Of a stretch of DNA of 64,000 nt, positions 1-12,290 are shown one piece after another; the stretch's first letter is position 1, and each line of letters begins with the position of its first letter. Position numbers and translations under genes: made by a program. Under the pieces are notes generated by a model. That model saw only the letters and a list, made by a program, of their open reading frames with translations. It was not told the origin of the DNA and did no database searches. Source of the DNA: the human T2T-CHM13v2.0 reference genome, Homo sapiens; the NCBI RefSeq assembly GCF_009914755.1, contig NC_060928.1, one strand, 5' to 3'.

Positions 1-1514
1 CACCAAATAGTTCATTCACTCTTTCCATGTTTATAAGTCTCTTCTGACTGTGAGACGCTTGCTTCCCATTAACTTTATTACACGTTTACTTACTAATCAC
101 TTTCTGTATAATCAATCTTTGTAATCAATCTCCCATCGCCTTAGAAAGGAAGTGCTCGTGATGGGAGATTGATTATATTCCTTCCTTTCCATGCTAAGCT
201 GCCAGTGTGCAAAGATGCCCTCCTCATCTTGAACAGGCTCTGACATCCTCTTCCTGTCCTTTTCTGGTATGGATACCCCCTTCTCCCAGCTTCAGCTCTG
301 ATCTCCCATGGTGGGCTATCCCCCTCGATGAATGCTGTCTTCACCCTGCTCAGGCTCTGATATCCAGTCCTGAGATACCTCTCTGCTGGGATGCCTTTCT
401 TACCTTTAGCTTCTAGACCCCATATGGACATTCTCATGTGCCTCTGCATGGATGTTCTCCTTACCTCACTGTGGCTCTAATTTCCCATATAGAAGGACTA
501 TCCTTCTATCTAGACCATTTATTTCTCTACCTGGGCTCTGATAACCTTTTCTGGGTCTTTGTAAGTCCCCCTGGTTTGCTCCTCCCCAAATTCTTAGTTT
601 TAGAACAAAAATACAGAAAGAGCTGAAAATCTACTCTAAAAATTTTAACATGTGTACTTAACCTAACAAAATCTAAATTTAATCAGTATCTTTATCCTTC
701 TCACTAACAGTATAGATGCTTTAAAATACTTTACGTCTGATAACCTTCTCCCCTTACTTGTATGCTATAATTCAGTTTTTAGTTCTCCTTGCATTTTTAT
801 ACCAGCTCTTTGGGGTAATATTTGTCTGGTGGACCCTCTTCTATCTTTTAACTTTTACCTATTTGCACATTTCCTGATAATCTTACAGGGCATTGAGGTT
901 CAAGAAAATCATATAAGGCTTTGGACCTCACTTTCATTATTTTCCAATTTGAAGAAGCGTAGATTAATCTTTCAAGGTTTTATTTTAACTCAAAAATTCT
1001 AGAGATCACACCAACTGTGTGAGATATTATATGTGAAAACAATTCAAAGTGGAAAATGCTACACAAAGGGGACATATTAAACATGAAGGTAATCAAAGTA
1101 TGGTTAGTTTCCTTTGCCTCTTGTGATATGATTCATACTGCTGTGGTACACAGCATAAGCCAAGAAAATAGATTGCTCAAAGCACTGCATACAGAGGAAA
1201 AAGCCCTGATAATGACTTAGGGAAGGTTTGTACTCACTTATTAATCATTTCATATCATCTGCATTTTGGTTCTACACCTGGTATTGTCATGAACCCTTTC
1301 TGAGTTGCCCTTGCATTTCCTAGTTTTTACCTTCTCCAACACAATAAGAGTTAATTGTAGCAGACATTCAGCAAATACTTGTAGATTGAGCCAGTTTGAA
1401 TTTTCTTCTCACTCACTGAAACTGAGAGTTGCCCCACTTTGAGATCTATTGGTATAAAAGGTGCCATATCTATGTGCAGCTTCATCATCATTATGTTATT
1501 AAGCATCATCCGTC

Positions 1515-1640
1515 TATTCATTCATTTAGTGTTGATTGAGTACCTGTCGTGTATAGGCATTGTGCTGAGTTCTGTGTGTCCAGTGATAAAAAAGAAAAGA
1601 TCTCTGGTGCCTAAGCTCACAGACTAGTGGAGGAGTCACA
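1515..1640 (-). mobile_element. L2 LINE 3' fragment
   Basis: tattcattcatt...attgagtacctg...taggcattgtgctg...ctcacagactagtgg matches the reverse complement of the L2 3' end. Confidence 0.6.
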
Positions 1641-1646
1641 CATGTA

Positions 1647-1695
1647 TTCACAATACAATGTGCTAAGTGTTTCACAATACAATGTGCTAAGTGTT
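1647..1695. repeat. Perfect 24-bp tandem duplication
   Basis: ttcacaatacaatgtgctaagtgt at 1647-1670 and 1671-1694. Confidence 0.95.
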
Positions 1696-1861
1696 ATAAT
1701 ATGCTCAGATAAAAAAGTGAGAAAATTAATTGTAAATATTTTATAGGGTCAGAATGAGATAGTCAATTTAAAGAACTTAGAATAATGCCTTAGATGTAGT
1801 AAGTGATCAGAATGTGAGATATCATTATCACTATTATTATTAAGGAAATAATGGTACATGA

Positions 1862-2153
1862 GGCCAGACATGGTGGCTCAAGCCTGTAATCCCAATACTT
1901 TGAGATTGCTTGTGCCCAGGAGTTCAAGACCAGCCTGGGCAACATAGTAGAACACTGTCACTATCAAAAAACAAACAAACCAACCAACAAACAGTAGTGT
2001 GCATGGTGAAGCGCACATGTAGTCCCAGCTACTTGAGAGATTGAGGTGGGAGGATAGCTTGAGCACTGGAGGGTTGAGGCTGCAGTGACCTGAGATCGTG
2101 CCACTGCACTCCAGCCTGGATGATAGAGTGAGACTCTGTCTCACACACAAAAA
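1862..2153 (+). mobile_element. AluJ with a deletion in the left arm
   Basis: ggccagacatggtggctcaagcctgtaatccc...ccaggagttcaagaccagcctgggcaacatag...gaggctgcagtga...cactgcactccagcctgg; AluJ-type diagnostics. Confidence 0.9.
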
Positions 2154-2169
2154 TAGTAGGGAGCGGGAC

Positions 2170-3030
2170 ATGAAGCTGGAAAGGTAGTTAGGGGATAGAG
2201 ATATAAGAATTTGGATTTTATTCTACAGATAATGGTGAATCTTTAAAGGAATTTAAGCAGAGGAAAGATATGGTCAGATTTGTTGTTTGGGAAGGACCCC
2301 AGCCATTATGTGTAGCATGAAACAGAGGTAATGAGACTACAGTCGAGTCCAGTTTGCTCATTCATTCACTTCTTCATGTAACAATGAATTGACTGATTGC
2401 CAACTGCTATACAATCATCTAAGCAAAAGATAATAAGAGCCTGAATGAGAACAGAAGGAAATGAAGACAGAGGAGGCGCTGGATTTGGGAGACATTTGCA
2501 AGAAGATGTGCCAAAACTTGATGCCTGAATACATATACAGAGAGAGATATTTAGACTGATTTTTAAGTTTATGGCTTGAACATTTGGGTTGGGAAAATAT
2601 TACAGTAGGAGCCAGTCTTGTGAAAGAAGAAACTGAATTCAGCCTTGAGCAGGGTTGGCCTGAACAAGGAGGTGATAGAGCCATGGGAGATAATGAGATT
2701 GCCTAGGGAATAGAGTATGGTGGGCACCCCCCATGGAACATAGCTATTTAAGCCATTGTGGAGAAAGGGAGGTCAGTAAAGAGAATTGAGCAAAATTGTC
2801 CTGAAGGAAAATTAAGGAGAGAGCGATGACTAACAAAAAAGTGTGGCTTACATGGTCAAATTGTACAAAGAAGTCAATTAAGTAGAAGCTTTCAGTTTGA
2901 TTAGGACCCTGAATGTAATGAGAGATCAAAGGATCTATAGTTTTAGTAAAGGGGTGCAGGTGGAGCCAAGCTTGCAGGGAGACAGCAAGTGAAGGCAAGG
3001 TGAAGAAGAGGGCAGAGTGAACGGAGACTA
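2170..3030 (-). mobile_element. L2 LINE fragments
   Basis: Purine-rich tract with L2 hallmarks (aagaatttggattttattct, tttaagcagagg..atatggtcagattt, ttttaagtttatggcttgaaca). Confidence 0.6.
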
Positions 3031-3040
3031 GTGTTTCAGG

Positions 3041-3250
3041 CAGTGGCTCTTAACCAGGCATGGTTATGGTTCCCAGGGAACATGGGACAGTGTCTGGAGA
3101 AATCTTTGATTTTGATGGCTGGATGTGCTACTGGAATCCAGGGGATACAAACCAGAGATGCTACCACACACCTACAGTGCACAGCACAGCTCTCAACAAC
3201 TATGTATTATCTAACCCAAAATGTCAATAATGCTGAGGTTGAGAAATCTT
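3041..3250 (+). mobile_element. MER20 (hAT-Charlie DNA transposon)
   Basis: cagtggctcttaacc...gtgtctggaga...gtgctactgg...aaaatgtcaataatgctgaggttgagaaa matches the MER20 consensus end to end. Confidence 0.85.
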
Positions 3251-3609
3251 TTATAAATACAGGAAGGAGAATAAAGAGTAAGTAGAGTAACTGTTAACAC
3301 TGAAAAATGAATGGGTAAAGAATGAGGGCCACCGGGGGAATCTCTATTAAGACAAAAAGAAGGGAACAATGTAGAAGGAACAATTGATGAGTAATTGAAG
3401 GGAACAATTCTGGAGGGGATGACAGAAGGAACCAGGGGCACAATTCTCTGGATCAGATTAACCAGAGGTTGGATACCTTCTCTCTGAACAAGAGGGAAGG
3501 AAGTTAAACTTAAGTATGGATATAGACATATTTTGTACATTGTGAGGAAGAGAAGGTAAAGTGTTGAAGCTTTTGCTATTGAATTTTGATCCTATCATGA
3601 CATCTTTTT

Positions 3610-4052
3610 ATGAATCTGATCCATGCATGTTAGATTGAGACTCATAAAATGCAATACATAGAGTTACAAAGGAAATCAATTATGTTGTAACGTGGTTAGC
3701 AAAATATTTACAAAGTTAGCGATATAGTAATATATATGCTTCTTTACTAACACATTAAATAACAAGATCTAGTAATGTGTTTAATAACTACCATAATTTT
3801 GAAGTAATTACAAATGGAAATAATATTTTGAGAAATCTGCAACAATTGTAATAGAATACAAAAATATCACTGATTTCACTCGGTGACAAAATCACAGATT
3901 TCGCTGTTATCACCATATGCTGCCTGCATTCCTAATGATGGAAATGCTCAAATTCTGCTAACAATTACTGAAAATAAAACCACAATGTTTTCCCCATTCA
4001 AGTTCATAGAATCCCTGAGTTCTTAAGCACGAACCCTGGGTTAAGAAAACCT
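3610..4052. mobile_element. hAT-Charlie non-autonomous DNA transposon (Charlie4-like)
   Basis: acattaaataacaagatctag...taataactaccataattttgaagta...ggtgacaaaatcacag...ccctgggttaagaaaacc. Confidence 0.55.
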
Positions 4053-4676
4053 TCTCCTGACTATCTCTTACTGTCAATCCCACTTCTCTGTTTTCTTTCC
4101 TTGCTGTTTGTTTCTAGTCTTTTTCATCCTCTTCCATTCTGACTTTATCCCTTGGTTCACAAGGTTATTTACCTGGCACCTGGGGTTAACCACTAGGTTT
4201 TGGATTTTGATTTTAGCAGGTCCTTAAATGTCTTGGCTGACATTCACACTTTTCTTGCATGTGAATTACGATAGTTTCTCTCTGGTGAAGGTACTGGTTC
4301 TATAGTAAGTGGTGCCTGCCACCCTGTGTTCATCCTTAGTCATGTGGTCCACTGGGTCGGAGAGCCCATCACCGTCTTTAGTTTGGCTGAGTAAAAGGAC
4401 CACATACTTTCTTCTCTCAGAATGTGGGGCAGGGTCATCTGCTACAGTGAATGGAGCCAGGTTTCAGAAGAGCCCATGAGGGAAGATGTGAGTGGGAGCT
4501 GGCTCAGGACAGATTGAGAAATGGTGTAGAGAATTCAGCTGAGATCAGAACTGCAGTGGCACCAATCTGAAGGGTCATATGATTCTCTTCAGCTGTGCTG
4601 GAGAGAAGTCTCAGTGGCAGTCTCCATGGCATAGACAAGATGGATTACTGAAGGAATCTGGAGTTGGAGGTTAGCA

Positions 4677-4701
4677 GGGCTTGGGGGGTAGGGAGGGTGG
4701 G
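4677..4701 (+). other. G-quadruplex-forming motif
   Basis: GGG ctt GGGGGG ta GGG a GGG t GGG: five G-tracts with 1-3 nt loops. Confidence 0.7.
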
Positions 4702-5841
4702 TCTGTGGCAGAAGGCAAAGGGCTAAGGAAATTAAAGGTGCTGACAAGAAAGAGGTTGAAATGCTGCACCATGGGGTCCTGGCTCAGTAGGGAAGGAAAT
4801 CAAACCAGGGGGAGCTGATGGACTAGCAGAGAATGGAAGGATCAAGGGAGTGGAGGTCTTGTTGAGGTCAGCATGCTGGTGAAAAATTGGAACAGGGTGT
4901 GAGAGAGTGGACCTCCTTCTCTTCATACCAGTTTCTGCATGACTGTAATTAGTGTTCTTGTCATGGCCCTCCCTAGTGTACATTTTAATGACAAAAAACA
5001 TTATTACAAATGGACACTAAATGTGCCATTAAAATAGTTCTGCCCTACATTCAAATATGCTCAATGAAACGTACCAGACTCAATTGACTATTGGAATGAG
5101 AAAGAAAGGAGAAATATAGGGAGCTAGCCAAAAAACCTAAGTCACTTTTTGTAAATAGCTTAAAACCATTAAATAAATTAAGCTGCTGTGGGTATATGCA
5201 CACATTTCATGGAGTTCCAATTTAGCAATTACTGTTCCTGCAGCAAAATCAATAAAATATGCATCCACAATCATACGGAGAAAACACATCAAGGGACTTC
5301 AAGTTTGAGTCTTGATTCAGAAAATATTTTTAAATAAGGTAAATGAATTAAAATGTATCAGGTTCAGCACTGGACTGTGGTTGGTAGAAATATTATTTTT
5401 GATACTTTTAGTTTTGAATCGGCTGTAGTACATGGTTCAAAGAGCAAAATGTATTCGAAGTCTGTCAGGGTATTGTGAAAGTGATGAAGACCATGCATAA
5501 GGATAGGGCTTGGGCTAGTCTCTCATTTTGAAACAAATCTATGAGATTTCTTATGATGACCTATGTAGGCACACGATGTGACAATGCTGCATTACCGACA
5601 TTATAGAGTGATTTTTAATTTACAAAGGGCTTTAGCCTTCCTCCATTTAACATACTTTTATTAAGCACCTACTGTATACTTGACAGACAATGGAAATGAG
5701 TGTTGTTTCTTTCTCTCTTTAACATATAAAGTGCTCTTCAAAGTTTGCTCACATATACTTTTTAAGAGAATTTTGAAAGATTTAGTATCCCCTTTTAGAT
5801 TTAAAGTATAAATAGAGTAGTTGAATGGATGGATTTTCACC

Positions 5842-5899
5842 ATATTGTAAATATTGACCTTTTAAATAAAATATTGTAAGTATTGAACTTTTAAATAAA
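5842..5899. repeat. 29-bp tandem duplication (2 mismatches)
   Basis: atattgtaaatattgaccttttaaataaa / atattgtaagtattgaacttttaaataaa. Confidence 0.9.
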
Positions 5900-6299
5900 A
5901 TTGTTACATCACCTTTTAAAATGCATTCAATGGAATCTAAATACTGATTGGATATCAACCATCACCTATTTAAAGATACACAAACAAACTCTCCTTTAAC
6001 AGACTGAACGTTTACATCATTTATTTATTTTTCTTTTGAAGTCATTTTCCATACCACTTTCCCCAGTGAATTTTATCTTTATGTAATACATTTTATGCAT
6101 GAAGGTGTTATGGACCATTATATCATGATTCTCTGCTACAAAATATGTATATACAGTGATATTTTAATTAAATTTTTTCTTCTAGCCATCAAGCTATAAA
6201 TTTTAAAATACTGACTGAATTATTTTTATGACTATTAATAGTACCAATTGGTCAAAATAACATAAACATATTATGTATTTTGATAAATAATTTAAAAAG

Positions 6300-6650
6300 A
6301 CAAATTTTTATTGAAACTGCATCTCCTATAAGATGGCTGGGACTATATATATTTTTTTAGTTCAATTAAATTTTATTTCAATTGAATTGTGGATACCCCC
6401 GTATTGCTAGAATGAGACAAGGGTTCAGTATAATTTCTATTCCTAGTTTTAATTTTCATAAATAAAAACACTAAAATTTTCTTTAGTAAATAAGATGAGA
6501 AGGAAAAAAGTTTTGTTATAGCAAGATTTCTCAATCGTCTAAAATCCTGATGTATACCCAACCTAATAATAAAAAATTACTTTTAATGATCCATTAACTG
6601 TCAATTCAATTAAATCTTTCTTCAATGTGGCTGAGAGAGAAGTATTGGAA
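6300..6650 (-). mobile_element. Fossil hAT (Charlie-type) transposase C-terminal fragment
   Basis: Minus-strand translation KDLIELTVNGSLKVIF...GIHQDFRRLRNLAITKLFSFSS...MKIKTRNRN resembles the hAT dimerisation region (..LIEL..D.SLK..F...W.....FP.L...A...L.PF.STYLCE..FS....IKTK.RN); frameshifted. Confidence 0.65.
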
Positions 6651-7331
6651 ATTTAGTGACAGGCACAAATGGTTTCCAGTTCTGTTTGGCATCCTTGAGG
6701 TCTTTATGCCCTTGGGCCATGCACTTTTGGTAAGATTAGAAAAGAAACACGTATTTTTTTTTTTTTTGTAAGAAGGGAGAAATAAAAGAGAAAGTGAGAA
6801 ATAAGAGTTTGTTCCTTTTCAATGAGATTTCTCTCAGGTAACGTTAGTTTTAGGAAAAACTATACATAAAAGTTGAGGATCTGGAAGTTGACTTACTTAA
6901 AACCTCCCTTGACATATCTTTTGGAAAGTCCTTGTATATTACTGGAGGCACCCGTATTCCAGACCACTGGTGTATTTGACCTCCTGTAGAAAGAACACGT
7001 TCAAAACCAGGTCACCAGATAGGTGCAAAGCCAAAGGCAAGGAATAACAGCACAGAAGGAGTAGTCACAAAACCAGGCAAGATGAGAGTGAGGAGGAGGG
7101 GACACACCAGCCAGGGAGAAATACCTGAAGGCCTTTCACACTGAGAGAGTTGTGGACTTTTTATGTGGTCCTGTACAGGCTTCCCGAAGTGGACCAGGTT
7201 CATTGAAAATGGCCAGAAAAACACAAGATCACCATAAGGTGCAATTTATCAAGTCTTCTTAGTATATTACATCACTATCATTTATTTATATGCCTACTGT
7301 ATATGTCAAGATCTAAGATGGCCAAGAATAA

Positions 7332-7677
<346 letters not shown>

Positions 7678-7962
7678 TCCTTAATTTGAATCCCAATTGC
7701 AACTAGTTCATGAACTCAGGCAAGTTTCTTAACTGTTTTAACTATCACCTTGTCATGTCTTCTAATAATTGTACCTAGCCCAGGTGGTTATAGTAAGAAT
7801 TAAATACAATAAGTAAAGCTATGAACACAATGCCAGGTCATTCAACATTTATTCAACCAAAAATACTAAGTCAGCTCTATACAAACTAATGGAAGGATAC
7901 AGCTATGCAAATATAGAAGAACACTAAAGTGTTACATGACAGATGTATGAGGTAGGTATTAT

Positions 7963-8446
7963 TTTCATGCGCGTCCGTGTGAAGAGACCACCAAACAGGC
8001 TTTGTGTGAGCAACATGGCTGTTTATTTCACCTGGGTGCAGGCGGGCTGAGTCTGAAAAGAGAGTCAGCGAAGGGAGATAAGGGTGGGGCCGTTTTATAG
8101 GATTTGGGTAGGTAAAGGAAAATTACAGTCAAAGGGGATTTGTTCTCTGGTGGGTAGGAGTGGGGGTCGCAAGGTGCTCAGTGGGCAGGAGTGGGGGTCG
8201 CAAGGTGCTCAGTGGGGGAGCTTTTTGAGCCAGGATGAGCCAGGAAAAGGACTTTCACAAGGTAATGTCATCAGTTAAGGCAAGGACTGGCCATTTACAC
8301 TTCTTTTGTGGTGGAATGTCATCAGTTAAGGTGGGGCAGGGCATATTCACTTCTTTTGTGATTCTTCAGTTACTTCAGGCCATCTGGGCCTATACGTGCA
8401 AGTCACAGGGGATGCGATGGCTTGGCTTGGGCTCAGAGGCCTGACA
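7963..8446 (-). mobile_element. Solo HERV-H LTR (LTR7Y-type), 484 bp, 5-bp TSD ATTAT, inserted in a MIR
   Basis: Minus strand begins TGTCAGGCCTCTGAGCCCAAG and ends CACACGGACGCGCATGAAA; ATTAT at 7958-7962 and 8447-8451; TATA (CTATAAAA) at 8093-8100; AATAAA at 8022-8027; 31-bp internal duplication from 8156 and 8187; two AACTGATGACATT repeats. Confidence 0.95.
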
Positions 8447-9299
8447 ATTATTAATCCCATTTTACAGGTGGGGAAGAGGAGGTTACAGGAATTTGAGCTA
8501 TGTGCTTATGGTTACCAGCCAGTAAGTGACAGAGCACAGACTTGACTCAGAACGTTGGACTCCTTGTAGCCTCTTCAAGTGTGTAGTGACAGCACACTGC
8601 TGGGTCCCGTAGACTAAAATATTATGCATCATTCCAGCTGAGAGAACAGTTCTGGACGTACATTCACCACTGACTGCCTGCAGCCAAGCCTTTTGGTTCC
8701 TGGCCTCTAAATGTCTCGTCAGCTCTGTGGGCCAGGGAGAACATCCTCCTAAGCATGAAGGGCATTCCAAGGTCAACAAAGCACTTCAGGCTCCATAAAG
8801 AAAGCAGCTATATAAATGGGGGTTCTTGTTAAGATAATAAAGCTCAAAAGGCCACTTTTAAAAAGAGAGGTCACCTGGAGGGTTACCAGGAAAAGCCAGA
8901 TGCCCCAGATGTGCTATTTAACCTCCAGTTTTTATAAAATATACACATACTATAGGAATGTATGTTTAATTATTTTACTTTTAGAAAATGATGACTCTAA
9001 CATTGTTTAAATAAATTAACTCAATTCCTATTATTAGAAGCAAAGTGTCTTGCATTTTACAGGTGCTGAGTCTGGTAGGAATGGATTAACCAGAGGCTCA
9101 TTAAATGTATCACCACTGTTGGCCAAACCATATAAACTCTTTGGAGTATGAGATGGTTCCAACCGTCTACTGTTGTGCATTAATAGTGGAGAGTGCCTCA
9201 GTGTATTTCCTTGTTTTGAATAAATTGTGGTATTAAATTCACAGCCTTCCTTCATCAGAAAGGGAAAATGATTTGACCTTCACATTCTTCAGAGCTGAA

Positions 9300-9720
9300 C
9301 TCAAACTTTGGAGGCACACTTCAAAGCTCTGTAAATAATATGAGTAACACTTTGGACCCTTCTGGGGTGGGAGGGAAATTCCCTTTCTGAAGAACACCCA
9401 AGTCTTTAAAAAGAAATGGTCAGGTTTAAATATCTCACTATTTTTCTTGTTTGAGACTCCATGCTGAGGATTTTATTTTCCTTTGCAAAGCTTATGCTGC
9501 CCAAGCTGCTTTCTCAGAGGTCGGCTGGCGTTGGTGCTCAGGGCCTGCTTGCAGATTTCGCTGGAACAAGTTTATTTGTAGTATAGCCCGGGGCGGGTTG
9601 AAGATTCCATTATGATGCGGGAGGCTCCCCTAGTTTGGAATATCAATGGCACTTCAAAGGGCTGGAGCTGTGAATTAGCAGCCAGGCTTCTTCTCAGGCC
9701 CTAGAATAGAATAAAATAAC
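9300..9720. promoter_or_regulatory. Candidate enhancer (non-repetitive, locally CpG-rich)
   Basis: Six CpGs within about 9520-9620, GC box GGGGCGGG at 9590-9597, TCF/LEF-like ACTTCAAAG at 9318 and 9651. Confidence 0.35.
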
Positions 9721-10852
9721 ACGAAGAGATGTGTTTCAAGATAGAAAGAGTGGAGTATTTTCTTCTAGGGCTCTAATTGTAAAGTGGGCACTCCAAGTCT
9801 TCATGGATATCCTGGCGTCTCTCAGGGCACCGGAGGCTGTCATGGATTTTGCAGAAACCCCTCAGATCTCCCCGACTGAAATCTTAAACACAGTGCTGGG
9901 CACTTCCCATTCTGCCAAGTTCTCCAGCTTCCTTGATGTTAACCCCTACTGAGCCTTGGAAAAAGGGTAACTCAAAGCTGTTTAGCCTAATTTATTTATT
10001 GCCAAAAGGCCAAACACCATATTAATTTCAAGGTTTCTCAAGTATTCTATTTTCCTAAAACTTCACCTTCTTGTCTTCTCCTCCTCTGTCTGCCCTACGG
10101 TGAAAATAGGGGAGAAAGGAAGTTAGGGTTTTTTCCTCATGTCTCTAATGTGAATCAGCAACAGTCTGGCTACAGTCAGGCAAACAAAACAAAAGAAAAC
10201 TGAAGACTGAGCCCTCTCATCATTTTGCTATGTGATTATGTTTAAGTAGCTCCAGGAGGACAATCAATTTAACTTAGAATATACTGAAGATTTACAGCTC
10301 TAGGAATTGCCACTCTGTGCTTATGCTTCTCTCTCCAATTGTATTTTTTTTAAATGAAAAATATGCATAGTAGTAAGGCCCCAGATTGCATGAGTACAGG
10401 TATAGATCTGTGCCTGGCTAATTGTCATGGTCATGGTTATTCACCCAGTCCTGGTGATTTTCTAATGCCTTGAACATAGTTTTGGCTGCTCCGACTCCTC
10501 TTCTTTAGGAAAGGTCTACACTTCCAAAAGCAAGATAGGAAAGGGGAAAGTACTCTGAACTGGGACTGGGGGTGATCACCTGACCTCACTGGTCCGTGAT
10601 TTTTCTCATCCACCCCCCATCCCCCCCACTACACACCTCCTGGCTTTCTGTTGACTGGAGTTCAGTGGTGTACCCACAATAGACTTGATGACCCTTTAAA
10701 AATGGGGTTGTCTCTGGTTTTCATTCATTTATGCTGTCTGGCTCTTTCTGCAGGGATTTTGATTTGCAGCCTCTGGCCCAGAATCTCCCCTCTAGGCCTT
10801 CACCCTATGGGTTTGCCTGGAATATTCTTTCTCTCTGTTTACTTGGTTGACT

Positions 10853-11336
10853 TTACAAAGATTTTTTTGTTTGACCAAACTTTAGTTAGCTTCTTGAAAC
10901 TTCTCCTAGGCCCATCTGTGCACTTTCTTGTAAAATCCAGCTTTAGCAAAGAACGCTGCTAAGTCAGTTTAGTGAGAATCCTCCATCTTCAATATCGGAT
11001 CCCCTTGCTATCTTATTGGGTTCTTCAACCTCCATCATCTCCCGGGTGACATCTGATTGCCCTGGTCTTTCTTCAGCAAGAATCCTATTAGGTCAGTTTA
11101 GCCAGAACATACCTCACGCCTGATGTTTTCTCTTAGTAATTTTCTGTCCACTAAGCCCCACCCTGCTTCTTGGTCATAAATTACCATTTGTCCATGCTGT
11201 ATTTGAAGTTGAATCCAATCTCTCTTCGCCACTGCAAAATCCCATTGCCACGGTCCCTATATCTATTGCCAGGGTCCTGATAAAGTCTGCCCTACTATGC
11301 TTTAACAAATATCATTGAATGTTTTTTTCTATAGCA
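10853..11336 (+). mobile_element. MER31-type ERV1 solo LTR
   Basis: ttgaccaaactttag...ctaggcccatct...aagtcagtttag...aagaatcctattaggtcagtttagccagaa...gttgaatccaatctctc...ataaagtctgccc. Confidence 0.75.
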
Positions 11337-11399
11337 CTCTAAATAAGGTCCTTCAGGTCTTAGCTTTTGTCTTTCTTCCTCTGCATTCTCTTAGCATCT

Positions 11400-11590
11400 T
11401 GCATCTTCCCATCATAGCTCATACTGAGCTGCCTAATTATTTATGGGTTTCCTCCCTGGGCTGCAAGCTTTATGAGAGCAGAGATTACATCTGTTTTGTT
11501 CATTATTATACTTGGACTACCTAGCACAGCACTTGGAATCTACCAGGTGCTCAACAATGTTTTGCATTAATTAATGAACTAATAAATCAG
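11400..11590 (+). mobile_element. L2 3' end
   Basis: ctgcaagctttatgagagcagagatt...cctagcacagcacttgg...ggtgctcaacaatg. Confidence 0.7.
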
Positions 11591-11669
11591 TTAGTTAATG
11601 TGAGCCTTGAACTTTACTCTGAATTTCAGGAGATCATCGAAAAAAAATTCTCCCAATATTTCTCTGCAA

Positions 11670-12290
11670 AATTTTAAGGATATTGAAATGTTGAAAGAAT
11701 AATACAATGAGCAGCCCCGTAGCCTCCACTTAGATTCAACAATCATATTTTTTGCTATGTGCTTTAATCTCTTTCTGTATAGAAATGGATGACTTTTGCT
11801 GAACTATTAGAAAGTAAGCTGCAGATTTCATGATACTTCTAAGGATTTCTGCACTTACCTTTGAAAACAGAATAAAAAATATCTTTCTACTGTGTAACAC
11901 AATACCATGATCATATGCAAGAAATTAATAATTCCATAATGCCATTTAATATCCATTCATAGTCAAATTTCACCAAAGTTCCCCACAAATTATCTTTTTG
12001 AATAAATTGAAGTGAAATTCGCAAGTTTACATAACATAAAATTAATTATTTTAAAGTGTACACGTCAGGGCATTTAGAACATTCATTATATGGTGCAACC
12101 ATCACTTTTATTGAGTTCTAAATCATTTTCATTACTCCCAAAATGAGATACACCCATTAAGCAGTCACTCCCTATTTTCTTCTTCCCCTAGTGCCTAGCA
12201 TCTACAAAATTACTTTTTGTCTCCATAGATTTACTTATTCTGGATATTTTACATATAATGGAATCATACAATATGTGAACCTTCATGTAC
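11670..12290 (-). mobile_element. Old L1 (L1MC/L1MB) 3' fragments
   Basis: acataacataaaattaattattttaaagtgtac...gtgcaaccatcac...cccattaagcagtcactccc...ttttgtctccatagatttacttattctggatattt. Confidence 0.75.

Noticed and set aside
1878-2171. ORFs such as ..LECSGTISGHCSL.. (also 7420, 20356, 30826, 39638, 40952, 62863)
   Set aside because: Translations of Alu sequence, not genes
6831-6843. ctctcAG|GTAAcg recursive-splice-like site
   Set aside because: The donor lacks the +5 G and the pyrimidine tract is interrupted by an AG; similar AG|GT strings occur by chance (about 54752, 61849)
8084-8444. Two short ORFs over the LTR
   Set aside because: Antisense readings of LTR7 U3/R; not coding
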